DNA from: Octopus vulgaris
Taxonomy: Eukaryota
DNA length: 64,000 bases
Reading direction: 5' to 3'
NCBI GenBank assembly: GCA_951406725.2
Contig: OX597830.1
Span: 74,338,001 to 74,402,000, forward strand
Part shown: one piece after another, positions 1-14,670 of the stretch
How positions within the stretch are numbered: the first letter of the stretch is position 1
Layout of the letters: every line of letters begins with the position of its first letter
Notes under the pieces: model-generated
The model's database searches: none
What the model was told of the DNA's origin: nothing
What the model saw: only the letters and a program-made list of their open reading frames with translations
Program-made: the position numbers and the translations under genes

Positions 1-726
1 TGTTATTGTTATTTGACAGAAGAGAAGCCCTGATCGAACAGTTTCTTTACAAATGCGTCCCATCCTTCATTATGTCGTCTAATTTTTTCATGTAAATTTA
101 TTGTATATCTACAACTGTAATATCTGTACATCATCTTCACCATTTGAGCAAAGTATTTTGGAGGAGATTTGCTTGTTATTTATGTAATTAATTCTTAATA
201 ATAATACATGTGTCCTCACGGAAGACATCAAAGAAGATACCTTCAATAGCAGCAACAAGCCTTCTGGCTTGGCCAGCAGTATATGAATGTAGATCCATTA
301 AGATTAAGAGAATAAAAAAGGATACTGATTATAAGAGATACACCAATAAATATCAAGGATTGCGTATTTATATGAAGTAACAGGAATGAAAGTGTAGTAA
401 GTTAGAAAGAACCTTGGAGATATTCCCTCATGATTGATAAAATAACGAAGTTAGCAAGCCAAGAATTGAAGAGAAAATATTTTCAGAGCTTAAATGGGAA
501 ATTCCAATTCAGGAAAGTCACAAGTGACACCCCTTCAATTTCAGTTAATTAAAAGTTATGAATTACAATATTACATACGTGGGTATACAAATATTTTAGT
601 AAGGTAGAAAATTTGTGTATATGAGTAGGATCCCAAGTTAAATATATAGAGAGAAACGTAGCAACGTAGATATCTAGATATGTAGATAAAAAGATAGCCA
701 TCCACACACACATACGCACCCTACTA

Positions 727-761
<35 letters not shown>

Positions 762-1196
762 GTTTGTATATGTGTGTCTGTGAATGCATGCATGTATGTA
801 TATAAGTATGTATGTATTTATGTATATATGTATGATTGTGTATGTATGTTTAAGCGTTGTATATGCATAACGGAAAGAGAGAGAAAAAGAAAGAAAGAAA
901 GAAAGAAACAATGAAGGAAGGAAGGAAGAGACGAAAGAACGAATGGAATAGTGAGAGCAAAGTTAAATCTTTCTAATATATATTTTCCCATTTCTCCAAA
1001 AGAAAATGCATATACAACTACAAAAAAATGGAAACTTTATCAAAAGCGTATCTCAGAAAAATAAAGTACAACAAACGTAAAAAAAAAAGAATCAAATTGA
1101 AAAAGATATATAAATATAAAAAATAAATTTTCAAAAATTCAACGATGAAAGTTTTGTAAACAACTATCTGTCAAATTAGATATATCTTTCCCGGGC

Positions 1197-1256
<60 letters not shown>

Positions 1257-1263
1257 GTAGATA

Positions 1264-1325
<62 letters not shown>

Positions 1326-1472
1326 TATGTATATATATATGTATATATATATACGTAGATATATATGTATATATATAAATATATATATATATATATACGT
1401 AGATATATATGTGTATATATATATATATGTGTGTGTATATATATATATCTATGTACATATATATATATGTGT

Positions 1473-1519
<47 letters not shown>

Positions 1520-1872
1520 ACGGTATAAGAATGTTTTCCAGTAGGATAAATTTTGAAATGAATTTTTCGAAAAATCATAATCATCACCAAGGTATATGAT
1601 TCTCGTTTTTATTTTTGTAGCTTGCAACCATTTACTTTACCAGAAAATGTGAGTGAGAAAGCTACAGACAACGAGAGTGGTAGGGAGAGGAAGGTGACAG
1701 AAAGAGAGGGGAGTAGAATGAATGTTAGGCGCATAGATAGATAGAAATAGACGGAGAGAGAGAGAGAGAGATAGAGAGAGAATCACACAGAGGGGGAGAG
1801 AGAGGGGGGAGATAAGCAAAAGACAGTATATAAATGCTTGTACACCAAAAAATAGTAAACCAGTATACATAC

Positions 1873-1905
<33 letters not shown>

Positions 1906-1923
1906 CACATACATATATATAAA

Positions 1924-1960
<37 letters not shown>

Positions 1961-2520
1961 CATATATACAAAATGTATATATATATATATATATATACAT
2001 ATACATACACATATATATATGTATATACATATACATATATATATATATAAACACATACATGTATATTCTATTTGTGTGCGTGCGTGTGTGTGTATATATA
2101 CATTATGTACGTGTGGGCACCCTTATGTCTGTGTATGTGTGTGTAGCATATATAGGAAAAAAGAGGTATTCATGCTAGTTAGTTATATAGATGAAAATTC
2201 ACACTCGTATAACAAGAAAAATTGAAGATTAATAATAATAACAATAATAATAATAATATTAATAATAATAACAAAAACAACAACAACAACAACAATAGCG
2301 AAGTGAGATGGAGATGGAAAAGGGAGAGGAATAATGATAATAATAACAATATTAAAAATTATAATAATAAATAATAAATAATAAGTGAATATTTACGAAT
2401 GAGCAGTTTTTAAAAAAGAAAATTGATCTTCCAACAAAACAGATATACAATTGTTTAACTGTTTGTGTATATTTCAGGCAATCGCCCGTGTTTGCACATA
2501 CAGGCATACAATCAGGGTGG

Positions 2521-2635
<115 letters not shown>

Positions 2636-2954
2636 TGCATATACACACACACATATAGACATATAGATATGTATATGCACACATACACATATATTATATA
2701 TATATATATATATATAAATATGTAAGTATATATACATGTGTATGTATACACATATGTGTATATGCGCGTATATATTACTTTATGTATGTGTGTAAAACGT
2801 AGACGAGAGTTTGAGATCCTAAGATAGAAACAAACTGCTTTACATTCGCAAAGTATGTATTTATATATATGTGAGTATGTGTGTGTATGCATATATATCG
2901 ATATCTATATCTATCTATCTATCTATCTATATATTTATCTACCTATCTATATAT

Positions 2955-2986
<32 letters not shown>

Positions 2987-2989
<3 letters not shown>

Positions 2990-3145
2990 TCAAATTTGGG
3001 CACAAGGGCTAGGAATTTTGTGGGAGGGGTTAGACGATTACATACATCCCAGTGCTCAATTGGTATTTATTTGCCGACTCCGAAATGATGAAATGTAAAT
3101 TCAACCTCAAAGGAACTTGATCTCAGATCGTAAGGACGCACGAAT
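2987..3145 (-). mobile_element. SINE family A, partial decayed copy
   Basis: Similar to the body of 60505-60701 and 3412-3653. Confidence 0.55.
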
Positions 3146-3225
3146 ATATATATGCATATATATAAATGCACATATTCACATATAAACATATATATATATA
3201 TATATAATAAATATAATAAATAATA

Positions 3226-3410
3226 AATGCGCCCTTTTAAAGCCTAGCCTGGCTCATGGGCCCGGTTTCCCGGTTTCAATGGCGTATGTGTTCCTCAGCT
3301 TAACAGGATGCCAGTCCATTGCAGCGTTACTCATTTTTGACAGCTGAGTGGACTGGAGCAACATGAGATGATGTCTTTTGCTCAAGAACACAACGCATCA
3401 CCCGGTCTAC
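3226..3410 (-). mobile_element. SINE family C (body), adjoined by a family A copy
   Basis: GTGGACTGGAGCAAC...TGCTCAAGAACACAACGC block shared with ~45950, ~53110 and (reverse) ~21620. Confidence 0.7.
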
Positions 3411-3411
3411 T

Positions 3412-3653
3412 AACGTTTCTTATTTCTTTATTGCTCACAAGGCGCTAAACATAGAGGGGACAAACAAGGACAGACAAAGGGATTAAGTCGATTATATCGA
3501 CTTCAGTGCGTAAATGGTACTTAATTTATCGATCCCGAAAGGATGCAAGGCAAAGTTAACCTCGGCGGAATTTGAACTCAGAAGGTAACGGCAGACGAAA
3601 TACCTCTAAATATTTCGCCCGGCGTGCTAACGTTTCTGCCAACTCGCCACCTT
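3412..3653 (-). mobile_element. SINE family A (tRNA-derived head AGGCGGCGAGCTGGCAGAA...GAGTTCAAATTCC)
   Basis: Reverse complement matches the copies at 14671, 29895, 37161 and 57382; A-box/B-box-like head. Confidence 0.85.
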
Positions 3654-5523
3654 GAAAGAGTTTTTTTTTTTTTATTCAAAATAAAGCTCTTTGTTTCTTT
3701 TTTAGTAGGAGCAGGTGAAATGCTTTTTTGAAAAATTATGTCTGTCTGCGCCAAAGTAATTTTGTTTGTAGGCTGGAAAGTAAACTTCTAACATTTTTAT
3801 ATATTCCAGTATGCTACATACTATTTTCCACCCTTTATGCCCGTCAAAACGTGCAGATAAAGATTTTGATCCTTTATTCTTCACTTTTGTTGAAATACAC
3901 TTAGGGAGGTTTCTCTCTATAACACTAGAAAGGTAACATTGATGTGAATCCCTATGAAACTGAAATCGTGATTTATCATCTAACAGGATTTTCGGAAGCT
4001 GTGAAACGAACGATTGAGGTCGGTTGCTTGGACACTGACGATTTCTTAAAGCATTGGACCTGGTCCGGCGACAGTGTGTTTTGGCACTTGAGGCTAACAC
4101 ACACTGACACGCGTAGGGAAATATACATATAAAAGTGAAAAGATGGTGTGAGAAAGAGGGTGGAGACGAAAGACAAAGAGTGAAATAGACGTTACTTATT
4201 ATTAATAGAAAACGACTGACATAGCTTCTCTTTTCTCATAGACATGTAGAGAAATATGCTCAAACACACAGACACACACACACACACAAACACACACTCA
4301 TATACACACGCACACACACGCATGTAGTGAAAAAGAGAGAGAGGTGGGATAATAAAAGATAGAAAGAGTGACAGAACAAACGAGGGAGGGAAATAACAAA
4401 CGAGGGAGAGAACGAGAGCCACATTAAAACGCCTTATATGAAATACGTTTGCTTCAAATCAGTGACCCCAAAAATAGGGGCCAAAAAGATATATACTAAA
4501 ATGCCTCATATCCTTGAATCCAGTCTCAAGTCATTCGGTTAACACACATTACCAACAAGTGCATTCTCACCCTATTGTTTTCGTGGTTAACAAAATATTT
4601 CTAAGACATACTGCTTCGGGAAACAGTGCTCATTTCAAATATTAGCTCAATCCCTTGATATTTGCTGTAAAATGCTAATATGAGCTAATTCTTTTAGTTT
4701 TTCTCATCTCTATATGTAAGATTTCAATACTTGTTAGATACATTTTTCTTAGAAACACAACTAATTTTTCATATGCAAGTTATAGAAATAAGTGTCATCT
4801 TTTCTCGTTTGCTTACGTCAGAAATATCTGCTTGATTAACAAAGGATAGCAATTACATTTCTAACACTGACGTCAGCATAGAATTTCATTGTCTAAGAAA
4901 GACTAATAAGCACAATAGAATAAAACATAAAACATGATATAAGCTAACTACCCAAATATTTATTACAGCTGTTTCTGCTCAACTTTTAATATAGATATTA
5001 ACAGAAATATTACATTATACGTCGACGGAGACTTAATCCTGATACGCATATTTATTTTTAATAAGCACAGGGGATTCGAACAAGAATATGCTAATCAGTA
5101 TTTCGTTTCGGTCATGGAAGAACAATTCCTTTACGACCAGTATGTGTTCATAGCACCCGATGTTTCGACATTGTTATGTCACTTCAGTCAAAAGCATATA
5201 GTGCAAAGAGCGATTTATTATCGTTTGACAGATATCGAACAGGCATCAGCAAACAACTCACCGAAATTATAAACAAGATCTTCGATGTTTTGTTAAATTC
5301 ATTTGTGCGGGTGCTTTTTTTCTGACACGAGCTTGTATCCCGTTGTCCCTTATGATTATAAATCAAATGTATTAATAACACACACTCTTCGAAAAAATAA
5401 GTTTTTTCTCTTTGGAGGAAACACACCCTCGATTATTATTTTCATATTCGAATCTGCCGGAAAGTATTAAGAGTACATATTGAAAGTTGTCTTCCTTCTC
5501 GCTGTTCATCGTGGAAATGATGA

Positions 5524-5745
5524 TACTCTTTACTCTTTTACTCTTTTACTTGTTTCAGTCATTTGACTGCGGCCATGCTGGAGCACCGCCTTTAGTCGAG
5601 CAAATCGACCCCGGGACTTATTCTTTGTAAGCCCAGTACTTATTCTATCGGTCTCTTTTGCCGAACCGCTAAGTGACGGGGACGTAAACACACCAGCATC
5701 GGTCGTAAAGCAATGCTAGGGGGACAAACACAGACACACAAACAC

Positions 5746-5778
<33 letters not shown>

Positions 5779-5954
5779 CATATATATATACGACAGCCTT
5801 CTTTCAGTTTCCGTCTACCAAATCCACTCACAAGGCATTGGTCGGCCCGGGGCTATAGCAGAAGACACTTGCCCAAGATGCCACGCAGTGGGACTGAACC
5901 CGGAACCATGTGGTTGGTTAGCAAGCTACTTACCACACAGCCACTCCTGCGCCT
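5524..5954 (-). mobile_element. SINE family B, full-length and young (head AGGCGCAGGAGTGGCTGTGTGGTAAG, internal CA/TA microsatellite, (GAGTAAAA)n tail)
   Basis: tRNA-like A/B boxes (TGGCTGTGTGG; GGTTCAGTCCC); homologous to copies at 16713, 30820 and 51569. Confidence 0.9.
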
Positions 5955-6180
5955 CCTACCCGTTATAATCTATTTGTAAGAAAAAAGTAAAGAACCCATC
6001 TTGATATCTGTAGTAATTGTTTCTAAATCTCTTATCTTTTAATGTTTCAGTCATTAGAATGCTGCCATGCAGGGGCACAATAATGGAGAATGTTTCCGTC
6101 TATTATACCCAACCAAGTACTTAATTTTTAATGCTTCGTACTTAATCTAGTACTTTCTGTATATCTGTTGTCAGTCTATA

Positions 6181-6545
6181 TAGCGTAAATCTTCGAGTAT
6201 AGTCCGCCCTTGAGTATAATACGCAGGCAATTTTTAAGGGGCAGTACTTCGGAAAAACCTAAACCTTGTGTATAATACGCATCCCTTCTCTAACTTGAGT
6301 CCAGCGCAATTAAGCCAGAGGCAACTAGTCGATCAAACACTTCCGCGTGCGTAATACAATAACAGCGATGTTCTTCTATGGGAATGTAAATGTTTGCACA
6401 TTGTTTTTGTTACATGATATTCTGTGTTCTGAATACTTTTATTTTAATAAATGTTGCTTACTGCAAGTTATGGATGGTTCTTCATTGCTGTCAGGCTTAG
6501 CTTAAGGTATTATCGCGCCGACATCACAAAATGCGTCTGAATAAA
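6181..6545 (+). mobile_element. pogo/Tc2-like DNA transposon terminal fragment
   Basis: TA + (G/C)CGTAAATCTTCGAGTATAGTCCGC terminus with repeated GTATAATACGCA subterminal motifs (~6212, ~6270), like pogo-group TIRs. Opposite TIR not found. Confidence 0.5.
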
Positions 6546-6880
6546 CATTGCCGGACAACAAATAGAGACTCGGACATTGCTTGAGAGTAAAACCATCAAA
6601 ACGGTAGCCTATCGTGGGACTTCACCTAATGGTCATATCGAAATACTGAATGATATGGGCTATCTTTTTCCAAATGTAAAAATGTGCTTGCATTCGGGCC
6701 AATGCCTTTCTTTACTTAGAAAAATGCAATGTTAGAGAAACATCTATGAGAGCTCAAAACCAGTAAGATCTGGAGGAGAGAATCGGAGATGATTTATTCT
6801 CGATAGTGTGTTAGTGCTTTAACACATACTTACACAATCACGCGCGGAAGCACACGCAAACACATACACACACACACACA

Positions 6881-6930
<50 letters not shown>

Positions 6931-7388
6931 ACAAAAGACGCACTGATTTGTGAATGCGATCTAATCCAACATTTAAGTTTGAAAGATGCCGGAGAACGGA
7001 GGAGTAAAACGAAACCCAAGGCTTCAAATCCACTCCTTAATAACACTGTGCATTATTAGCGTTGAAATATTACATTCCACAAAGTGGGAATAGGTGCCCC
7101 TTTGACAAATCAGAATTATGATATGTATGTGTATACATACATATATACATACATACATACATACATACATACATACCGAAAAGCAAATCCATAAGTACTG
7201 GCATGGATTCGTTCGAGTAAACTGCCTCATGGTCGTGTGACAGCATGGTCGTAGTCGTATGACTGAAAAACGTAAACGATAAACAATTTATACAGAAACA
7301 CGCACACACAAATATATTTCTATGAGTCTCTCTGTGTTTCTCTCTCCCTGTCATTGCCTTTATATATATATATATATATATGTATATA

Positions 7389-7473
7389 CCGGTGTAAAAA
7401 CTGTCCGATGAACGGCAACGTGAAACTCAGAGAAAAACAGGTTTTGTTGAATTTTCTGGTGCTTTAAATAAAG
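7389..7473 (+). mobile_element. Short (TA)n-flanked element with a decayed hammerhead motif (second family)
   Basis: AAAACTGT-CCGATGA-ACG-GCAA-CGT-GAAAC-TCAGAG..ACAGGTTTT, then AATAAA; homolog at 21824-21900. Confidence 0.5.
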
Positions 7474-7505
<32 letters not shown>

Positions 7506-7827
7506 ACACATACTTATTGCAGCGGTCCTTCAGTTTTTATAACTCTGTAAAAAATAACTCGGAAGGTATGGCCTTCGGCTTTTCGGGATACCCTTGAAAG
7601 CAGGAGCTTTTCAGCACTTCTACGAATATATATACACGCATCCTTTCACATACGCGCACACGTTCGCTCACACCTATATTCAAACTTTAGTCCGTTATAC
7701 TATGTGGTCTGTGTCTGATGACTGTATTGGAATGTTACACATGTTATAATTCATTATTTGGCATGTTCTCAGTATAAAAAACTATTAGTAGCACATAAAA
7801 AAATTGTGTCTATTATATAATACACAT

Positions 7828-7988
<161 letters not shown>

Positions 7989-8028
7989 CAGCTCGATCGA
8001 TCGATAGATAGATAGATACACACACACA

Positions 8029-8690
8029 TTATCCCTGAAGACAAAGCTACGCATCTTTCACGCGTCGCTTCTCTCCGCTCTTCTCTATGGAAAAGATACG
8101 TAGCCCTTCACGAAGTCCCTGGCAAAAGGGACAGAAGGTTTTGATAGCTGAGCTCTGAGAAGCATAGAGAACATCAAATGATACCATTACGTTTGCCACA
8201 AAGAATTACGTGCACAGCCTCTCGCCTCCTACCGACATGCTGCATGCGCTTGTTCACATATGCCCTCTGCTTCCTGCCAAATCATCCTACCAGGGCCTTA
8301 CTCTCATTCGATAAAGCAGCTGCAGGCTGGAAAGGGGCCCTGTGGCAGGCACCGTAACAGATAGCTGGACGGGATTTAAGAAGATCTCCATTGGCTTGAG
8401 GTCATGCTGGAGCATGCAGGGGAGTTAGCACGAGAGCGGCAGCGATGGGAAATCATCCTACCGGGGGAAATCTTCCTACAGGCTGCAAGGGGCCCTGTGG
8501 CAGGCCGTGCAGCAGATAGCTGGACGGGATTAAAGAATATCACCAGGGGCTTGAGGTCATGCAGGACGATGCACGGGAGCTGGCACGATAGCGGCAGCGA
8601 TGGGAAGAACTGGTGCATCTATTTAGATCCAAGCATGATGAAACCTATATGACCTCAAAGATCCAAGCATGATGAAGACTACATGATCCC
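8029..8690 (+). mobile_element. RTE-clade LINE 3' fragment with internal tandem duplication
   Basis: LSLKTKLRIFHASLLSALLYG.DT*P...GFDS.ALR, followed by W..PCGR....W.D....ELAR.RQRW-type motifs. GC-richer than the flanks. Confidence 0.75.
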
Positions 8691-9245
8691 CCCAGTGCCA
8701 CCAAATAAAAGCAGGAAACAAGCTAGCAAGCATCACAGATATTTTATACATTAGTGTACAGCACAGCATTGCAGTACAGTTGCTGGAAGAGCATATCCTA
8801 GATAGTGGTTCAGTAACAATGGTAGGTTGCGTTAATATACTTGAAGCTATATCTGCATTTCATAAAGTTAAAAAAAGAAAAGTGGTTGAACGAAATATAT
8901 GCGTCATGTAGCCATGGAAACGAACACTTCACTTAAGATGAAATGACACTCCAATTGCTATGGGACATCTTTCTAAGTGTATATGCATATGTGTGCGCCT
9001 GTGTATGTGTGTGAGTGCGTGTATGTGCGTGTGAATGTGTGCATGTGTATATATGTATGTATACACACATATATGTATATATATAGAAAGAAAAAGAGTG
9101 AGAGAGAGTATGTAAGAGAGAGAGAGAGAGAGGGAGAGAGGGGAGAGAAAAGAGAGACTGGGTGGAGAAAGAGATACATGCAACATGTATACACATTTTT
9201 GTGCATGTATAAGCATAAGGATTTTATATACCTATAAACATATCC

Positions 9246-9322
<77 letters not shown>

Positions 9323-9572
9323 TATACATATATATATATGTCATATACATATGTATATATATATATATATGTGTATATATATATAAATAGAGAGACAGAC
9401 AGACAGACAGAGAAAGAAAGAAAGAGATAGATGTGTGTATGTATGTATGTATGCGTGTCTGTGTGATTTCCTTTCTGTGTGCATATATGGAAGGCAATTG
9501 TACATCATGTACACATGCACTTCTGTATGTGTGCATTTATCTATCTATCTATCTCTCTCTCTCTCTCTCTCT

Positions 9573-9617
<45 letters not shown>

Positions 9618-9672
9618 GTATATGTATATGTATATATATATATATATGTATGTATGTATATATATATATAAC

Positions 9673-9720
<48 letters not shown>

Positions 9721-9742
9721 GTATATGTATATGTATATATAC

Positions 9743-9801
<59 letters not shown>

Positions 9802-9865
9802 ATATATATAGCGTAATAGATATACGTATATATATATATATATGTGTGTTTCTGTATGTGTATGT

Positions 9866-9939
<74 letters not shown>

Positions 9940-10706
9940 AATAATATATCTATATCTATATGTATACGTATGTGTGTATGCTTGCTTGTTTCGATGTATG
10001 TATACCACACATTTACTTCACTAACCTTCTCTCGATTTCTGCGCATTCCTGTGTGGGCATATTCAATGTACATACGAGTCTGTGTATCTGCTGGTGAGTG
10101 TATATGTGTGTGTTCGTGTGTATATGTATGCGTATGCACGTACGTGTATATGTGTGTGTGTGTGCGAGTGAGTGTTTGTACGTGTGTATGTGTGTGTGTA
10201 TGAGTGAGTGAATCCGTGTCCGTGTGTCTGAACAGATGAAAACGAAGCCAGTTGAGTTGAAGCTAGCTCATTTGATGAGTGAATGAACTGTCATGTATGA
10301 ATACGAGAGATATTCACCCATGTGAATTAGCTACTTTTCCTTGACGAAATATCAGGTCACACGTAAGATAGAATAAACTGGCAGGCGGCGGGGTGTGGAG
10401 GACATTGATGAGGGGACGAGGATCTTCTATTTATCTAGTTTGTATTCATTTACTATTTATTTTAATTTTTTTCTTATTTTCAAGATTGCAGTTGAGTGAA
10501 ATGACCAACTCTTCAGAAACAGTACACAGAATCGTCTTCTTTTTTGGATTTTTGATACGACGATTGCTTTTACAGTGTATCTGGTTATGCGTGTGTTTAT
10601 TTTATATTTTACATTTGCACGTAATTCTTTTCGAACCAGTCCTTTTCATTCTCAACCTCTGTCTCTCTCCTACAGTGCGTGTGCCTGTAGGTGTGTGTGC
10701 GCACGC

Positions 10707-10751
<45 letters not shown>

Positions 10752-10909
10752 AGATGAGTAAGTGTGTCTATTATCTTCGATTCTTCATTTTCTGGGACTT
10801 TACCAGATTTCTTGTTGGTTTGAGGTTATGAGGAAATTAATTTTGTGTGTTTCAAGTTTATTAATAAAACGTTTTTGATGCACGTACAGGCGTATTTCTG
10901 ACATAATGA

Positions 10910-10965
<56 letters not shown>

Positions 10966-11193
10966 CTCTCTCTATATATATCTAACTCCAAATGCATATA
11001 TGCTTATATATATATACACATATATATATGTGTGTATATATATATACATATGTATATATATATATATATATATACATATATATGCGTGTGTGTACACCTA
11101 TATAGATATATAGGCATAATTATATATGTATGTATATATATGTATATATATATATATATACATATATATTTATGCCTATTTATCTATATACGT

Positions 11194-11248
<55 letters not shown>

Positions 11249-11608
11249 GCAATGTACATGCCTAACATGCGATACAGTTATGTATAACCGTGTTCTCGTG
11301 TCTCTAACCCTATAACTATAAACGCACTAACACGAATCGCATATTTGGAAGTTTGAAGTATGATGTCAACGAAAGTTTACGTTGTCAATCTACCTGCTTT
11401 CCATAATATTCTATAGACTTATACACATAAATACATGTATACTATTCCACTGAAGTACTCACACATATGGAGTATTACTGTGACATACACATTATTCATA
11501 TAATTCCCACTTGATATCTTTGAATTTCTTGCGCAGATTCGCTCTCTGGTAATCTCAAATAGCATTTATACATGCATATACATATCGGTATGTGTATGCG
11601 AGTATACA

Positions 11609-11671
<63 letters not shown>

Positions 11672-11981
11672 CGTATGCATATATAAATATATACGTAGAT
11701 ATATATTATGCATATATTAACACATGCATAGAGGATATATACAGAAACAATGTTTTTGTATCTGTATATTTATCTATGTATACATGTATGTATACATGCA
11801 TCCATCTGAGTATATATGCATATATATATATATATATATGCACTCACGTATTTTGCGTATCTATACATATGTATACATATATGTAGTTATGCATATGAAT
11901 ACATGTGATAGTCTATACGCATGTGGCTATATATATATATATATATATACAGCATATAAGTGTATACACCCGTATATATAA

Positions 11982-12015
<34 letters not shown>

Positions 12016-12104
12016 AATATATATACGTGTAGTATACACACATACATATATATGGACGCATGCATATGAACTAGCATACGCATATACCCTCGTATAAGAT
12101 CTGC

Positions 12105-12145
<41 letters not shown>

Positions 12146-12197
12146 AATACACATAGAGAAAGATATATATATATATAAATACACATAGAGAAAGATA

Positions 12198-12228
<31 letters not shown>

Positions 12229-12671
12229 ATATATTGATAGATACTCACATACCTATCTACATACGTACGCATACAAAGGCACACATACGCACACATCCAG
12301 CCACACTCATATACTTACACACGTATAATCTACTATGAAAATTATGCTTCTTAATCGTATTCCCCATTGGTGTTGTCTAAAAGATTCAAAGATATTTTTT
12401 TCCGTTTTATCTGCATCTCTTATATGCCCAGTCAAGTGTGTTGAGCTGTGTTGTCATTCTGGTAGATTCTGGGAAGCAAAGAAGCGTACAGGAAACCTGT
12501 TGAAGTATAAGTAACAATTATTGATTATGCTGGCTTATACCTATGTATACGTATCTCAGAATACGTATATATATATAGAGATATGTATATATATATATAT
12601 ACATGTACGTATATCTATCTAACTCTAACTATATCTATCACTTCTTCCCTCCCACTCTCTCTTAATATATA

Positions 12672-12713
<42 letters not shown>

Positions 12714-12909
12714 TATATATATATAGGCATATGCATATACTGTGTGTATATATTTATATATATGCTTGTGCTTGTGTATGTGAACATGCATGTATTCATG
12801 AGTGTAAACATGTATATGTAAATATGTATATGTATGAATGTATATATATGTATGTGCATATTCTGACATTTCTGTCTATATATATATATACACTTGCACA
12901 CACACACAT

Positions 12910-12947
<38 letters not shown>

Positions 12948-13340
12948 GCATGCATATACACAAACACAAACGCGCACAGATACACACACATATATATAAA
13001 TATACATATATATAGATATATATATACATACTTATATATGTATATGTATATATATATATAGATCTTAGCTTAAATTTCCTTCTATCTTCTACAACAGACT
13101 TTAGTTTTTTTGCTTATATATTCTTTTACCTATCAACACTTCAACCACTCTCGCACCTGCCACTTTCTTTATCTAACTGGCGTACACTTTCCTAGAGATA
13201 CGTTATGCACACAGAGCTACGAACCTGCCTGTACACACGCGCACACACCAGATGCGCACACGCATGCAAGCATGCACCACACGCATAGCACACACTTGTG
13301 CAATTTCATACAATCATACCGTACATTGTGTGCGTGCGTG

Positions 13341-13381
<41 letters not shown>

Positions 13382-13611
13382 ATAGATAGATACATAGATA
13401 CACACCTAAGCATATACATATATACATGCATAAATACATATATATATATATCTGTGTGCATGTTTCTTGTCGTAAGTATAAAAATAACGTTGTTTTTGTT
13501 GTTGTGATATATTTTTTCTCAAATCTAATGGGCTTTTTCAAATTTCTTGCTCCCCCTCTGCCACCACACACAACGCATAAGCGCACACACCAATATACAC
13601 TCATCTAAACG

Positions 13612-13658
<47 letters not shown>

Positions 13659-13667
13659 GTGTCTGTG

Positions 13668-13702
<35 letters not shown>

Positions 13703-13752
13703 GGGCTTACATACCAATGTGGGCGGTGCGTGTGTGTAATCTTGTGTATACG

Positions 13753-13783
<31 letters not shown>

Positions 13784-14023
13784 GGAAAGAGGGAGAGAGA
13801 GAAGGACAGACAGACAGAGAGTTAGTGAGAGACATAGATACCTAAACGCACATATAAATACGTATTATAACTCCATGAATATATTCGTTATTGATATCTG
13901 TCACTCTATCTCTTATCTTTCTTATCTGTCTTTTTTATATCTCTTTAGTACCCCTTTCTTTTCACAAACGCTTTTACACAGCACATCCATCAACCCAACC
14001 CTTATGCGCACATATACAAAAGC

Positions 14024-14057
<34 letters not shown>

Positions 14058-14670
14058 GCTTATATATATATGTGTGTGTGTGTATGTGTGCTTGTTCATA
14101 TGAATGTGTCTGTGTGTGTGTATGTATAACATGCATGCACACACACACTCACATACATGTATGTATATATTCATGCATATATGTCCCATAGCCGGTTCTG
14201 TCATCGGTCTTAATGCTATTCAGGAATGCGGCCTGCATGTGTTATCCTAGTAATACGCTTCTATGATGTCACAAAATTTCACCATGCAATGCTAAGTTTA
14301 GGTTACCTTATAACATTTTATCTGATCTGCACTCTTTATGTTTCTCTACATTGTCATTACGTTTCTTTCTCATTTACTCTTATAGGCCAAACATGCCTTT
14401 CTTGGTCATAGATACCTCAGTATTCACTCTGTTCTTTTTTTTTTATATATATAGTAATCACTACTATATCGTCCATTGTTTCTTTGCATTCGTAACTCGT
14501 TCACTTTCAGCCACTTCTGATTTCGGGACTAATATGTTGCTTTTCTTATTGTTCATGTGCTCATTGTTATTGTTAATCGCGTTGGTGCTCTTATTTTACT
14601 TGCTGTAGTAATTTATAAAAAAAAATTGCTGCATCAGTTACTTGTTTTGGTTATTGCTGCTTATACCAAT

